Source: an uncultured Alphaproteobacteria bacterium
GTDB lineage: Bacteria > Pseudomonadota > Alphaproteobacteria > RF32 > CAG-239
Reading direction: 5' to 3'
Length of the DNA stretch: 64,000 nt
Assembly (NCBI GenBank): GCA_944391315.1
Contig: CALXTD010000003.1
Coordinates: 286 to 64,285, forward strand
Shown here: piece by piece, positions 1 to 8,755 of the stretch
Position numbering within the stretch: the stretch's first letter is position 1
Layout of the letters: every line of letters begins with the position of its first letter
Notes under the pieces: model-generated
Told to the model about the DNA's origin: nothing
The model's input: only the letters and a program-made list of their open reading frames with translations
The model's database searches: none
Made by a program: the position numbers and the translations under genes

Positions 1-612
1 CGAAGCATTTTTACCTCGGCATAACGTGTTATAATCTTTGGCAAGATAAAAAGTCAAACAACAAACCACATAGTTCAGATAATGCTTCAAACGCTTATCT
101 TTAATTTCGGGAAGGGAAGTGGAAAGCATTTCCTCAACTTCCAAAAACTCGCGAAATGTATCAGGATACATCAAATTATGAGCCTCTTTCTCAATTAACT
201 CCGGATCGGAAAGATGAAAGGGAAAACAAGAAAAAGGATTAATAAGCGCAGCATCTTTTCCATTAAGAGGATAGCGTCGCCTCAAAAGTTTTTCGGCACA
301 GGAAGAAAGAATAGCCAGTAGAGAAAGACGCCTGAGATGATCTTGGGCATCAATTTTGTGACTGTACTTTTTGTAAAAATGAAACTTTAAGAAAGCCCGC
401 AAACAAAGGTGCATTTTTTGAATATCATCTTCAAGATTTTGATTGATAGGAAAATCAGCGAGATAATCGTCAAAAGAGACTTTTATTTGGGCAATGGTCG
501 CTTCATTTTTTTTCTTTCTCTCTTCTTGTTCAAGTCGAACTTGCTCAAGAAGCTTCTTTAATTCATCAGGATAATCTTCTTCCCCGACATTAAAGACGAG
601 CTTATCATTCAT
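1..612 (-). CDS. Hypothetical protein, N-terminal part (runs off the window edge)
   Basis: Manual minus-strand translation. ATG at 612 is followed by 204 sense codons with no stop down to position 1 (MNDKLVFNVGEEDYPDELKKLLEQ...). It is absent from the ORF track because it is truncated. No motif recognised. Confidence 0.45.
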   Translation of the reverse strand, partial: MNDKLVFNVGEEDYPDELKKLLEQVRLEQEERKKKNEATIAQIKVSFDDYLADFPINQNLEDDIQKMHLCLRAFLKFHFYKKYSHKIDAQDHLRRLSLLAILSSCAEKLLRRRYPLNGKDAALINPFSCFPFHLSDPELIEKEAHNLMYPDTFREFLEVEEMLSTSLPEIKDKRLKHYLNYVVCCLTFYLAKDYNTLCRGKNAS

Positions 613-1098
613 TTTCAACAAGGAGATAAAATCCTCCCCAAAAGAGAATTTCTACCTGAATTTTTTCCCACGGCCACCGAAAAAAGGCGGCATCTTACCG
701 GAATAATACTTGTTGCTGATAAAAATCGGCAAACTCGGATCATCAACGGAACCGTCTTCAACTTTTTTGATTTTGTTAATAACAAACTTGCGTTGTTTCA
801 TAAAATTATTATCCATAAGCATAAAAATTGAGAATTAATAATAAGTAAATTAAGAGCAATCCAACACGGTAAGATAAAAATGGCAAGAAAAAACATAAGG
901 CTCTAAATCGCGTTTTAAGGCTCACAGAGAGATTCTTTATTAACTTTTTTCATGAGTAAAATTTTAAAAATCAAAAATAAGGCACTTTTTTTGCCCACAG
1001 AGAGCAAACTGCTGTTCATAAGTTGGTAAAAGTGCTGGTTAAGCAAAGTGCTTTTTGCTATATTAGCGTCAGAATTAAAGTAAAAGAAAAGGAAAACC

Positions 1099-3918
1099 AT
1101 GACAGAAGAAACAGAAAACCTGTCCGCTCCAAGCAATGCGGAAGGAATTATGCCGGTCGAAATTTCGGAAGAAATGCGCCGTTCATACTTGGATTATGCC
1201 ATGAGCGTTATTGTTGCGCGTGCCTTGCCGGATGTCCGAGACGGATTAAAGCCGGTTCACCGCCGCATTATCTACGGCATGTATGAAGCCGGTTATGATT
1301 ACAACAAACCTTATCGTAAATCAGCCCGTATCGTGGGTGATGTAATGGGTAAATATCACCCGCACGGCGACGCCGCGATTTATGATTCCATGGTTCGTAT
1401 GGCACAACCGTTTTCAATGAGATTACCTTTGGTCGACGGACAAGGAAACTTCGGCTCTATGGATGGTGACAGCGCTGCCGCCATGCGTTATACCGAGGCT
1501 CGCTTGGAAAAAGTCGCCCATGCCATGATTGAAGATATTGATAAAGACACGGTTGATTTTGTTCCAAACTATGATGAAACCTTGCAAGAACCGTCAGTCT
1601 TGCCGGCCCGTTATCCAAACCTTTTGGTAAACGGCGCCAATGGTATTGCTGTCGGTATGGCAACCAACATCCCTCCGCATAACTTGGGCGAGGTTTTGGA
1701 CGCTTGCTGCGCTTATATTGATAATCCTGACATCACGATTGATGACCTGATTAACATTGTCCCAGGGCCGGACTTCCCAACCGGAGGTTTAATTTTGGGG
1801 CAGGGCGGCGCCAAGTCAGCTTATTACACCGGCCGCGGCTCGGTCATGATGCGTGCAAAATGCACGATTGAGGAGCTGCATAAGGATAAAGAAGCAATTA
1901 TTGTCCACGAAATTCCTTATCAGGTCAATAAAGCCGCAATGATTGCCCGCATTGCCGAGTTGGTCAAAGACAAAAAAATCGAAGGCATTTCCGAAATCCG
2001 AGATGAATCAGACCGCCAAGGTGTCCGCGTTGTTATTGAAATAAAGCGTGATTTTCAGGCAAATGTTATTTTGAACCAGCTTTATAAATTCACACCGCTG
2101 CAAACCAGCTTTGGTATGAATATGCTGGCCATTAACGCCGGCCGCCCGATGATGATGAACTTAAAGGACATTATCTCGGCGTTCGTTAATTTCCGTGAGG
2201 AAGTTGTTCGTCGTCGGACGATATTTGAACTAAACAAAGCCCGCGACAGAGCTCATGTCTTGGTCGGTTTAGCAATTGCGGTTGAAAACCTTGATCCGGT
2301 AATTGAGTTGATTCGTTCTGCACCCACGCCGCAAGATGCCAAAGATGCCTTAATTTCAAGAGCTTGGCCTGCCGGAGAAGTTGAAGCCCTTGTTCAACTG
2401 ATTGATGAACCGGATAGAAAGGTTGAAAACGGCTATTATCATCTGTCAGAAGATCAAGCCAGAGCCATTTTGGACTTAAAACTTCAACGCTTGACCGGCT
2501 TGGAAAGAGACAAAATTCATGGCGAATTGAGAGACTTAGGCGAAGAAATTAAGAGATGCCTTGAAATTTTGGCATCACGCGAAAAACTCTTCAGCATCAT
2601 CCGTGATGAATTTGTCGCTATTAAGGACGAATATGCAACCCCGCGCCGCACCAAGATTGAAGATATCGAATATGATACCGATATTGAGGCCTTGATTCAG
2701 CGTGAAGAAATGGTCGTAACCGTAACCGAAGCCGGTTATATCAAGCGTGTTCCGCTTAATGCTTATAAGGCACAGCGCCGCGGCGGCAAAGGAAAATCCG
2801 GCATGACCACGAAGGAAGAAGATTTTGTAACCAGATTGTTTGTGGCCTCAACCCACACGCCGGTTCTGTTCTTCTCTTCAAAAGGCCAAGTTTATAAAAT
2901 GAAGGTTTATAAACTGCCGCTTGGCTCGCCAACGTCAAAAGGAAAGCCGTTTATTAACTTGTTGCCGTTGAGTGATGGCGAAAACATTACGACAATTATG
3001 AAGCTGCCTGAGAATGAGGCCGATTGCGAGAATATGTCAATTATGTTTGCCACGGCTCAAGGTAATGTCCGCCGCAATTCTCTGATGGACTTTGTAAATG
3101 TTCAGTCCAATGGTAAGATTGCGATGAAACTTGATGAAGGCGACAAACTGGTAAATGTTCGTATTTGTACGGAAGATGAAGATGTAATGCTTGCTACCAA
3201 GAGCGGTAAATGCATTCGCTTCCCTGTACCTGAGGTCAGAATGTTTGTCGGCCGCAATTCAACCGGTGTTCGCGGCATTAAGCTGAGCGAAGGCGATACG
3301 GTTATTTCAATGTCAATCTTAGACCATGTTCAAGCAACAATGGAAGAAAGAGATGAATATTCAAGAATTTCTTCTGCAATCAAGCGCTTGCAGTCTGAAC
3401 GTGGTGATGACAGTGAAATCAAGCTGGAAGAAACCGGCATTGAACTCAAAGACTTGACCGCCGAAAAATATGCGGAAATGAAGGAGAAAGAACAGTTTAT
3501 CTTAACCGTAACTACCACCGGTTATGGCAAGAGAACCTCTTCTTACGAATACCGCATTACCGGTCGCGGCGGACAAGGTATCGCCAATATGGAAATGTCT
3601 GCCCGCAACAAAGAAGTTGCAAGCTCTTTCCCGATTGAAGACAACCAACAGATTATGATGGTAACCGACGGCGGCAAACTGATAAGAATGGCCGTTGACG
3701 GCATCCGCATTGCCGGAAGAAAAACCCAAGGTGTCATCTTGTTCCGCATGGTTGATAACGAGAAGGTTGTCTCTGTCACCAAGCTTGAAGCCGATGAGGG
3801 CGATGATGAAGAGCTTGAGGACGAGACCGGAACCGAACCTTTGGGCGAAAGCGTTGCCGATATTGATGACGCTGCCGTTGAAGAAGTCAGTGAACCGGAG
3901 GTCGATTCCGCAGAATAA
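1099..3918 (+). CDS. gyrA: DNA gyrase subunit A
   Basis: 939-aa ORF with [22 protein letters not shown] and the catalytic-Tyr motif [12 protein letters not shown] GyrA-box ([10 protein letters not shown]) distinguishes it from ParC. Acidic C-terminal tail. Confidence 0.97.
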   Translation: MTEETENLSAPSNAEGIMPVEISEEMRRSYLDYAMSVIVARALPDVRDGLKPVHRRIIYGMYEAGYDYNKPYRKSARIVGDVMGKYHPHGDAAIYDSMVRMAQPFSMRLPLVDGQGNFGSMDGDSAAAMRYTEARLEKVAHAMIEDIDKDTVDFVPNYDETLQEPSVLPARYPNLLVNGANGIAVGMATNIPPHNLGEVLDACCAYIDNPDITIDDLINIVPGPDFPTGGLILGQGGAKSAYYTGRGSVMMRAKCTIEELHKDKEAIIVHEIPYQVNKAAMIARIAELVKDKKIEGISEIRDESDRQGVRVVIEIKRDFQANVILNQLYKFTPLQTSFGMNMLAINAGRPMMMNLKDIISAFVNFREEVVRRRTIFELNKARDRAHVLVGLAIAVENLDPVIELIRSAPTPQDAKDALISRAWPAGEVEALVQLIDEPDRKVENGYYHLSEDQARAILDLKLQRLTGLERDKIHGELRDLGEEIKRCLEILASREKLFSIIRDEFVAIKDEYATPRRTKIEDIEYDTDIEALIQREEMVVTVTEAGYIKRVPLNAYKAQRRGGKGKSGMTTKEEDFVTRLFVASTHTPVLFFSSKGQVYKMKVYKLPLGSPTSKGKPFINLLPLSDGENITTIMKLPENEADCENMSIMFATAQGNVRRNSLMDFVNVQSNGKIAMKLDEGDKLVNVRICTEDEDVMLATKSGKCIRFPVPEVRMFVGRNSTGVRGIKLSEGDTVISMSILDHVQATMEERDEYSRISSAIKRLQSERGDDSEIKLEETGIELKDLTAEKYAEMKEKEQFILTVTTTGYGKRTSSYEYRITGRGGQGIANMEMSARNKEVASSFPIEDNQQIMMVTDGGKLIRMAVDGIRIAGRKTQGVILFRMVDNEKVVSVTKLEADEGDDEELEDETGTEPLGESVADIDDAAVEEVSEPEVDSAE

Positions 3919-3934
3919 TATCTGCCAAAGCAAT

Positions 3935-3967
3935 AAAAAAGCAGCTTCAGAATGAGGCTGCTTTTTT
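3935..3967. terminator. Bidirectional rho-independent terminator between convergent gyrA and the S24 repressor gene
   Basis: AAAAAAGCAGC ... GCTGCTTTTTT. GC stem flanked by an A-run on one side and a T-run on the other, in the 61-nt convergent gap. Confidence 0.6.
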
Positions 3968-3979
3968 CGTAAAAACAAA

Positions 3980-4591
3980 TTATTGACTAGCCCAAATAAT
4001 GCGGTTTAGTAACTTAATATCACTGATATTGATTTCAGAAATGTTAGAATGTTTTGCCAGAGAACAAACGGTAATAACATTATCTGTCCGGTACAAAAAT
4101 TCTTTAATCATGATTTCACCTGATTTTAACAAAATCAAAATTCTATCTTTTTGCCGAATTTCCGAGCGCTTTTCCAAGACCAAAGTCGTTCCGAAATTAT
4201 ACAGCGGCTCATAACTGCGCGAGTCAAGGTTAACCACATAGGTATTTTCTGAAAAAGACGGAGAATCAATTTTTCCCCAAACAGAAGTATCAAAAGCATT
4301 ACAATCAGACTGACCCAGTGCCGAAAGATAAACATGGGGCAGAGTGCTTGGCTGTCGAATGGGCTTGTTTTCTGCCAAAAAATAAAAATCAGCAAAATCC
4401 ATATGGCAAGTTGAAAGAATTTTGTTCAAACTTTCTAAAGAAGGCCATCTTTTTTTGCCATCATCACGCAAGCGTTTGCTTTTATTAAAAGTTGTGGGAT
4501 CAAGACCGGATTTTTTAGCCAGAGCTGATAACGAAAGACCGTTTTGTTTTGCAAGTTTATCAATGGCGTCCCAAATTTGTTCATATTGCAT
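3980..4591 (-). CDS. XRE-family HTH / peptidase S24 (LexA/CI-like) transcriptional repressor
   Basis: 203 aa. N-terminal HTH (LSLSALAKKSGLDPTTFNKSKR). C-terminal S24-like region with DSRSYEP (compare GDSMEP) and a later Lys (EIMIKEF). Confidence 0.7.
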   Translation of the reverse strand: MQYEQIWDAIDKLAKQNGLSLSALAKKSGLDPTTFNKSKRLRDDGKKRWPSLESLNKILSTCHMDFADFYFLAENKPIRQPSTLPHVYLSALGQSDCNAFDTSVWGKIDSPSFSENTYVVNLDSRSYEPLYNFGTTLVLEKRSEIRQKDRILILLKSGEIMIKEFLYRTDNVITVCSLAKHSNISEINISDIKLLNRIIWASQ

Positions 4592-4774
4592 AATTTTATT
4601 CCAAAAAATATTATGGTTGTATTAAAAATGGTTTTTCAAAGATAAGTAGTTGTTTACAAATCAATAGCATATAAAAAATAATATATCAATTTAAAATAGC
4701 AATAGTAAAAGGAAAATTTATTTAGAATTAATTAACATTTTTTTTGTAATATCGCACGCGTGAAAGGGGTAAAA

Positions 4775-5461
4775 ATGCTCGAAATAACGGAAGAAATAGC
4801 GCATATTCAAGGAGTACCGAAAAAGCTTATCGTCTTTTTGCATGGTTATATCGACAGCGATACAGGGCTGGAAAGAGTTATCGGAAGCTTTACCTCAAAA
4901 CTCAAAGACTGCGCCTTACATATTCCTCAAGCCCCACTGGTTTGTGAGCTTCATGAGAGAAAGCGCCAGTGGTATTCAATGCATCGTTTTGACCCAAATG
5001 ATGACCGCAAAACCGTTCCGACTATGGAAGAGTGCTCTGCTTTATATAACAAAATGCAGCTGGGGTTTGCAGAGGCAGATGCTTACTTATTGCCCTATAT
5101 AGAAAATTTACTGAACGAATACCAGCTTGAAGCAAAAAATTTGTATATTTGCGGCTTTTCTCAAGGCGCAATGCTGGCTTTGTATACCTCTTTGATGATG
5201 GAAGAAAAAATCGGCGGATGTGTTAGTTTTTCTGGAATTTTGGCCGCTAGTAAATATATTGAAAAACACGTCAAAAGCCATCCAAAAACCTTGCTGATTC
5301 ATGGTGACGCAGATAATCTTGTTCGCTTTGAGGCGATGAACTTCACCAAAGAAAAGCTTAAAGCCCTGAATGTTCCGGTAAAAACTTATGTTGTCAAGGG
5401 CGGACAGCACCGCATAACCGAAGACGGGCTTGCCGCTGCGCTAAAATTTATTGAAAAATAA
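4775..5461 (+). CDS. Phospholipase/carboxylesterase-family alpha/beta hydrolase
   Basis: Nucleophile elbow GFSQGA, then HGDADNLV and GGQHRI (Ser-Asp-His order). Start moved from GTG 4760 to ATG 4775, which has AAAGGGG just upstream. Confidence 0.7.
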   Translation: MLEITEEIAHIQGVPKKLIVFLHGYIDSDTGLERVIGSFTSKLKDCALHIPQAPLVCELHERKRQWYSMHRFDPNDDRKTVPTMEECSALYNKMQLGFAEADAYLLPYIENLLNEYQLEAKNLYICGFSQGAMLALYTSLMMEEKIGGCVSFSGILAASKYIEKHVKSHPKTLLIHGDADNLVRFEAMNFTKEKLKALNVPVKTYVVKGGQHRITEDGLAAALKFIEK

Positions 5462-5466
5462 GCCTG

Positions 5467-6504
5467 TTACAGGAATGGCGCCGGATTAATTAAGCCACCG
5501 TCTTTAAGATAATTATTTTCCTCCCGCTCAAGCTTTAATGGGCTGAAACGGCCAAAGCTTCTGTCATAAATTTCGCTATAGTTTCCAACATCGGCAAGAG
5601 CTTTTTTAACCCAGTCTGGCGTCAGCCCGAAGGAAAGCCAGAGCTTAGGATCTTCGCCAAAAAGGTTTCTTTGAGATGTGTTTCTAAGACCGACTTTTAC
5701 CGCGGCATTGTGATAATTAACGCCATAAACATCAGAGAGCTGCAAGGCATTAACTACCCAGCGAGCAATCATTTGAAGCTTAAGATTTTCATTGGAAGCA
5801 TATAAATAAACAGGGACGAGGGCAACCGGCTCAGGAAGAAGCTTAATTCCGCTTTCTTCATCATCATAGTCTCCAAAATGAGTTTCTTTTACGCCGGAAA
5901 GAAAAATTCTGTTTCCGGTAAGCAACCGACAACGATTGAGCAAGAAGGATTGGAGGGCTGCATTTTTTGAAGAAAAGGTGAGTGGCTTGAGGTTGAGGCC
6001 GTATTTATTATTGTATTCTTCAAGATTATTGAGCTCAGGGGAATCAGCAACAACACAGACTGTTGCATTTTTGAAGTCTTCCATAGATTTTGTTTTTTGA
6101 GCATTGCGAGCAAGGAAAGCCTGCTGATCATAATAAAGCAATACAGCCGGAGAATAACTTGAAGTCGAGTCTGCTTTTGCTGAATTGGCTAATCCGCCAA
6201 GCATAAAGTCAATTTTTCCTGTTTTAAGTGCTTTAGAAACATTATCAGCTTTAACGTCAACCATAGAAAATCTGTCGCCACGCCCAAAAACTGCATAAGA
6301 CATTGCTCGACAAATATCAGCATCAAACCCTTTCCATTTTCCGTCTTCGGTTTTTGCGGCATAAGCCGGAGCCGATAAATCTGTTCCGCAGCGAATTTCT
6401 CCGCGACTGTTGATAAAACGCAAACCGGCATCGGCCGCGTTTGCACTAGACTGTGCGGTAATAAAAAACAGAGAATAGAGAGCGAATAAATGCTTAAATT
6501 TCAT
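5467..6504 (-). CDS. Periplasmic amino-acid ABC transporter substrate-binding protein (AapJ/BztA-like)
   Basis: Signal peptide MKFKHLFALYSLFFITAQSSANA from the internal ATG at 6504. AapJ-like blocks (KWKGFDADICRA, GNYSEIYDRSFG, GGLINPAPFL). No permease or ATPase gene adjacent. Confidence 0.75.
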   Translation of the reverse strand: MKFKHLFALYSLFFITAQSSANAADAGLRFINSRGEIRCGTDLSAPAYAAKTEDGKWKGFDADICRAMSYAVFGRGDRFSMVDVKADNVSKALKTGKIDFMLGGLANSAKADSTSSYSPAVLLYYDQQAFLARNAQKTKSMEDFKNATVCVVADSPELNNLEEYNNKYGLNLKPLTFSSKNAALQSFLLNRCRLLTGNRIFLSGVKETHFGDYDDEESGIKLLPEPVALVPVYLYASNENLKLQMIARWVVNALQLSDVYGVNYHNAAVKVGLRNTSQRNLFGEDPKLWLSFGLTPDWVKKALADVGNYSEIYDRSFGRFSPLKLEREENNYLKDGGLINPAPFL

Positions 6505-6565
6505 TTTTTTTAACCAATTCATGACTATAATTGAACAAGCTAAGAAACATAATAAGGTATTTTTT

Positions 6566-7243
6566 ATGAAAAGTAAGACTTTTTTGCAACTTATCATATA
6601 TTGTTTTTCAATTTTATTGAGCTTTTCGGTTGCAGCAATGTCTCCTCAGGAGCAAGAGATAAAAAATTGGGCCCAGTCCAGAGGCAATGAGCTCTTGGCC
6701 GCATTAAAAGAAAATGACTTGCCTAAGAAATATAAAATGCTGGATGATTTGTATGGGCAATATGTCGATTCGAATTATATAGCCCGCTTTGTTATGGGCA
6801 AATATTGGCGCAGAATGACGGATTCTGAGCAGCAGACATTTCAGGCTTTGTTTCATCGCTATGCCTTGGCGTTATATAAAACTTACCCGCTGGATTTTGG
6901 TAATAGCATTAGCTTTAATATCACAAATGTTCGCGACGAAAATGGCCGTATAAGCGTTTATGCTCAAATTCATCAGCAAAATGTGTCTCCTGAAGATGCT
7001 CTTCAAGATATACTCGTAGAATTTAATATCAGGCGCGAGGGGAGTGCGCTTTTGCTAACCGATATAAAAATAGCAGAAAGCAGCTTGAGTATTGCTTATC
7101 GCAATAAGTTTTATCAAATGATGATGGAAGACGACGAGGAAATTACATGGTTTTTAGAAGATTTTGAGGTTCTGGTTCGGTCAATCGAAACTAAAAACGA
7201 ACAAAAACTCAAATTATATCAAGATGCTGGTAATTATATGTAA
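6566..7243 (+). CDS. mlaC: MlaC/Ttg2D-family phospholipid-binding periplasmic protein
   Basis: Signal peptide from ATG 6566 (AAGG upstream). Characteristic block YVDSNYIARFVMGKYWRRMTDSEQQTFQALFHRYALALYKTY. Confidence 0.6.
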   Translation: MKSKTFLQLIIYCFSILLSFSVAAMSPQEQEIKNWAQSRGNELLAALKENDLPKKYKMLDDLYGQYVDSNYIARFVMGKYWRRMTDSEQQTFQALFHRYALALYKTYPLDFGNSISFNITNVRDENGRISVYAQIHQQNVSPEDALQDILVEFNIRREGSALLLTDIKIAESSLSIAYRNKFYQMMMEDDEEITWFLEDFEVLVRSIETKNEQKLKLYQDAGNYM

Positions 7244-7316
7244 TAAAAACCTTGAAATTATGATAGAGTAAAGCTATTATCGCGACAGATTAAAAATAAA
7301 TAACAAAGGCTTTAAA

Positions 7317-8645
7317 ATGAGTAATGAACAGATAAAAGTAAGATTTGCTCCGAGTCCGACCGGATTTATGCATATCGGAAACACCAGAACAGCATTGTTT
7401 AACTGGCTGTTAGCTAAAAAGCTCGGTGGCAAATTTATGCTGAGAATTGATGATACGGATATTTTGCGCTCTAAAAAAGAATATGAAGATGCCATAAGAG
7501 AGGCTTTGGTTTGGCTAAAACTTGATTGGTGTGAAGAGGCCAGACAATCAGCCAGAACCGAAAGATATAAAGAAGTAGCGCAAAAGCTAATGCAAGAAGG
7601 CCGCATATATGCATGCTATGAAACGCCGGAAGAGCTTGAGTTTATGAGAAAAAGACTTTTAAACAAAGGCTTGCCGCCGATTTATGATCGCTCAGGATTA
7701 AAGCTGACCCAAGCACAAAAAGAAGAATATGAAAAACAAGGCCGTCGCCCGCACTATCGTTTTAAATTAGAAGACGGTGAAATTTTTTGGAACGACTTAG
7801 TCCGCGGAGAGTGCCGCTATAGTGAAAAAAATCTGAGTGATCCGGTTATTATCAGAGAAGATGGCAGCTTCTTATACCACTTGCCGTCGGTAATTGATGA
7901 TGTTGACTTTGGAATTACGCATATTGTTCGTGGTGAAGACCATGTAACCAATACCGCCGCGCAGATACAAATGTTTGAGGCTATCGGCGGAAAAGTTCCA
8001 AGCTTTGCACATTTACCTTTATTGACCGGAAAAGAAGGAAAATTATCAAAACGTTTGGGCAGCTTGGGTGTAAGAGAATTGCGCGCCGAGGGTGTTGAGG
8101 CAATGGCAATCTGCTCGTTTTTAGCAAAACTGGGCACCTCAGAAGCCATTGAACCTTATTATAGCCTTGATGAATTGGCTCAAAGTCTTGATTTTTCAAA
8201 GATTGGGCGTTCACAACCAAAATTTGATGAAGCAGAGTTAAAGCATTTTAACACCAGATTAGTTCACAATCTGCCTTATGCAGAAGTAAAATCGCGCTAT
8301 GATATAAGCGAGAGCTTCTGGAATGCAATCAAAGGAAATATAAAAATCGCTGATGATGTCAAACTTTGGAAGTCAATTTGTCAGGATGAGTTATCGCCTA
8401 AAATTGAGGATTCGGAGCTGACTAATAAAGGGGCAGAGCTTTTACCGTTGGAACCATGGAATGAAGAGACCTTTGGCTCTTGGATTAAGGCCTTAAAAGA
8501 AGCGAGCGGAAAAAATGGTAAAGAACTTTATCATCCGGTCAGATTAGCCTTAACCGGCATGGAAGACGGTCCGGAGCTTAAAGTCTTACTGCCGCTAATC
8601 GGTTGGAATAAGGCTCAAAAAAGACTCAAAGGCATAAAAGCATAA
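7317..8645 (+). CDS. gltX: Glutamate--tRNA ligase
   Basis: 442 aa. Class I signatures HIGN (RFAPSPTGFMHIGNTRTALFNW) and KLSKR. GltX-type catalytic core. Confidence 0.93.
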   Translation: MSNEQIKVRFAPSPTGFMHIGNTRTALFNWLLAKKLGGKFMLRIDDTDILRSKKEYEDAIREALVWLKLDWCEEARQSARTERYKEVAQKLMQEGRIYACYETPEELEFMRKRLLNKGLPPIYDRSGLKLTQAQKEEYEKQGRRPHYRFKLEDGEIFWNDLVRGECRYSEKNLSDPVIIREDGSFLYHLPSVIDDVDFGITHIVRGEDHVTNTAAQIQMFEAIGGKVPSFAHLPLLTGKEGKLSKRLGSLGVRELRAEGVEAMAICSFLAKLGTSEAIEPYYSLDELAQSLDFSKIGRSQPKFDEAELKHFNTRLVHNLPYAEVKSRYDISESFWNAIKGNIKIADDVKLWKSICQDELSPKIEDSELTNKGAELLPLEPWNEETFGSWIKALKEASGKNGKELYHPVRLALTGMEDGPELKVLLPLIGWNKAQKRLKGIKA

Positions 8646-8755
8646 GTTGTAAGAAGAGAATGTTTGACAAAGTGTAATTTTCTTTTGCATTTTTGCAGAA
8701 ATGTAATATCTTAGAGCCGAATAGGAATAGAATATATTAACTTATGGAACTCTAA

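Noticed and set aside
809-1098. Possible oriC or DnaA boxes upstream of gyrA (TTATCCATA at 809-817; CACAGAGAG repeated at about 923-931 and 997-1005; AAAGTGCT repeated at 1028-1035 and 1045-1052)
   Set aside because: There is only one near-consensus DnaA box, no AT-rich unwinding element pattern and no dnaA, dnaN or hemE context. The short direct repeats may be promoter-related, but the sequence alone does not support that.
3502-3978. 158-aa minus-strand ORF, plus 3543..3782 and 3695..3955, overlapping the 3' end of gyrA
   Set aside because: Entirely inside the strongly supported gyrA frame. No motifs, and the product is typical of an antisense or alternative frame of a biased coding region.
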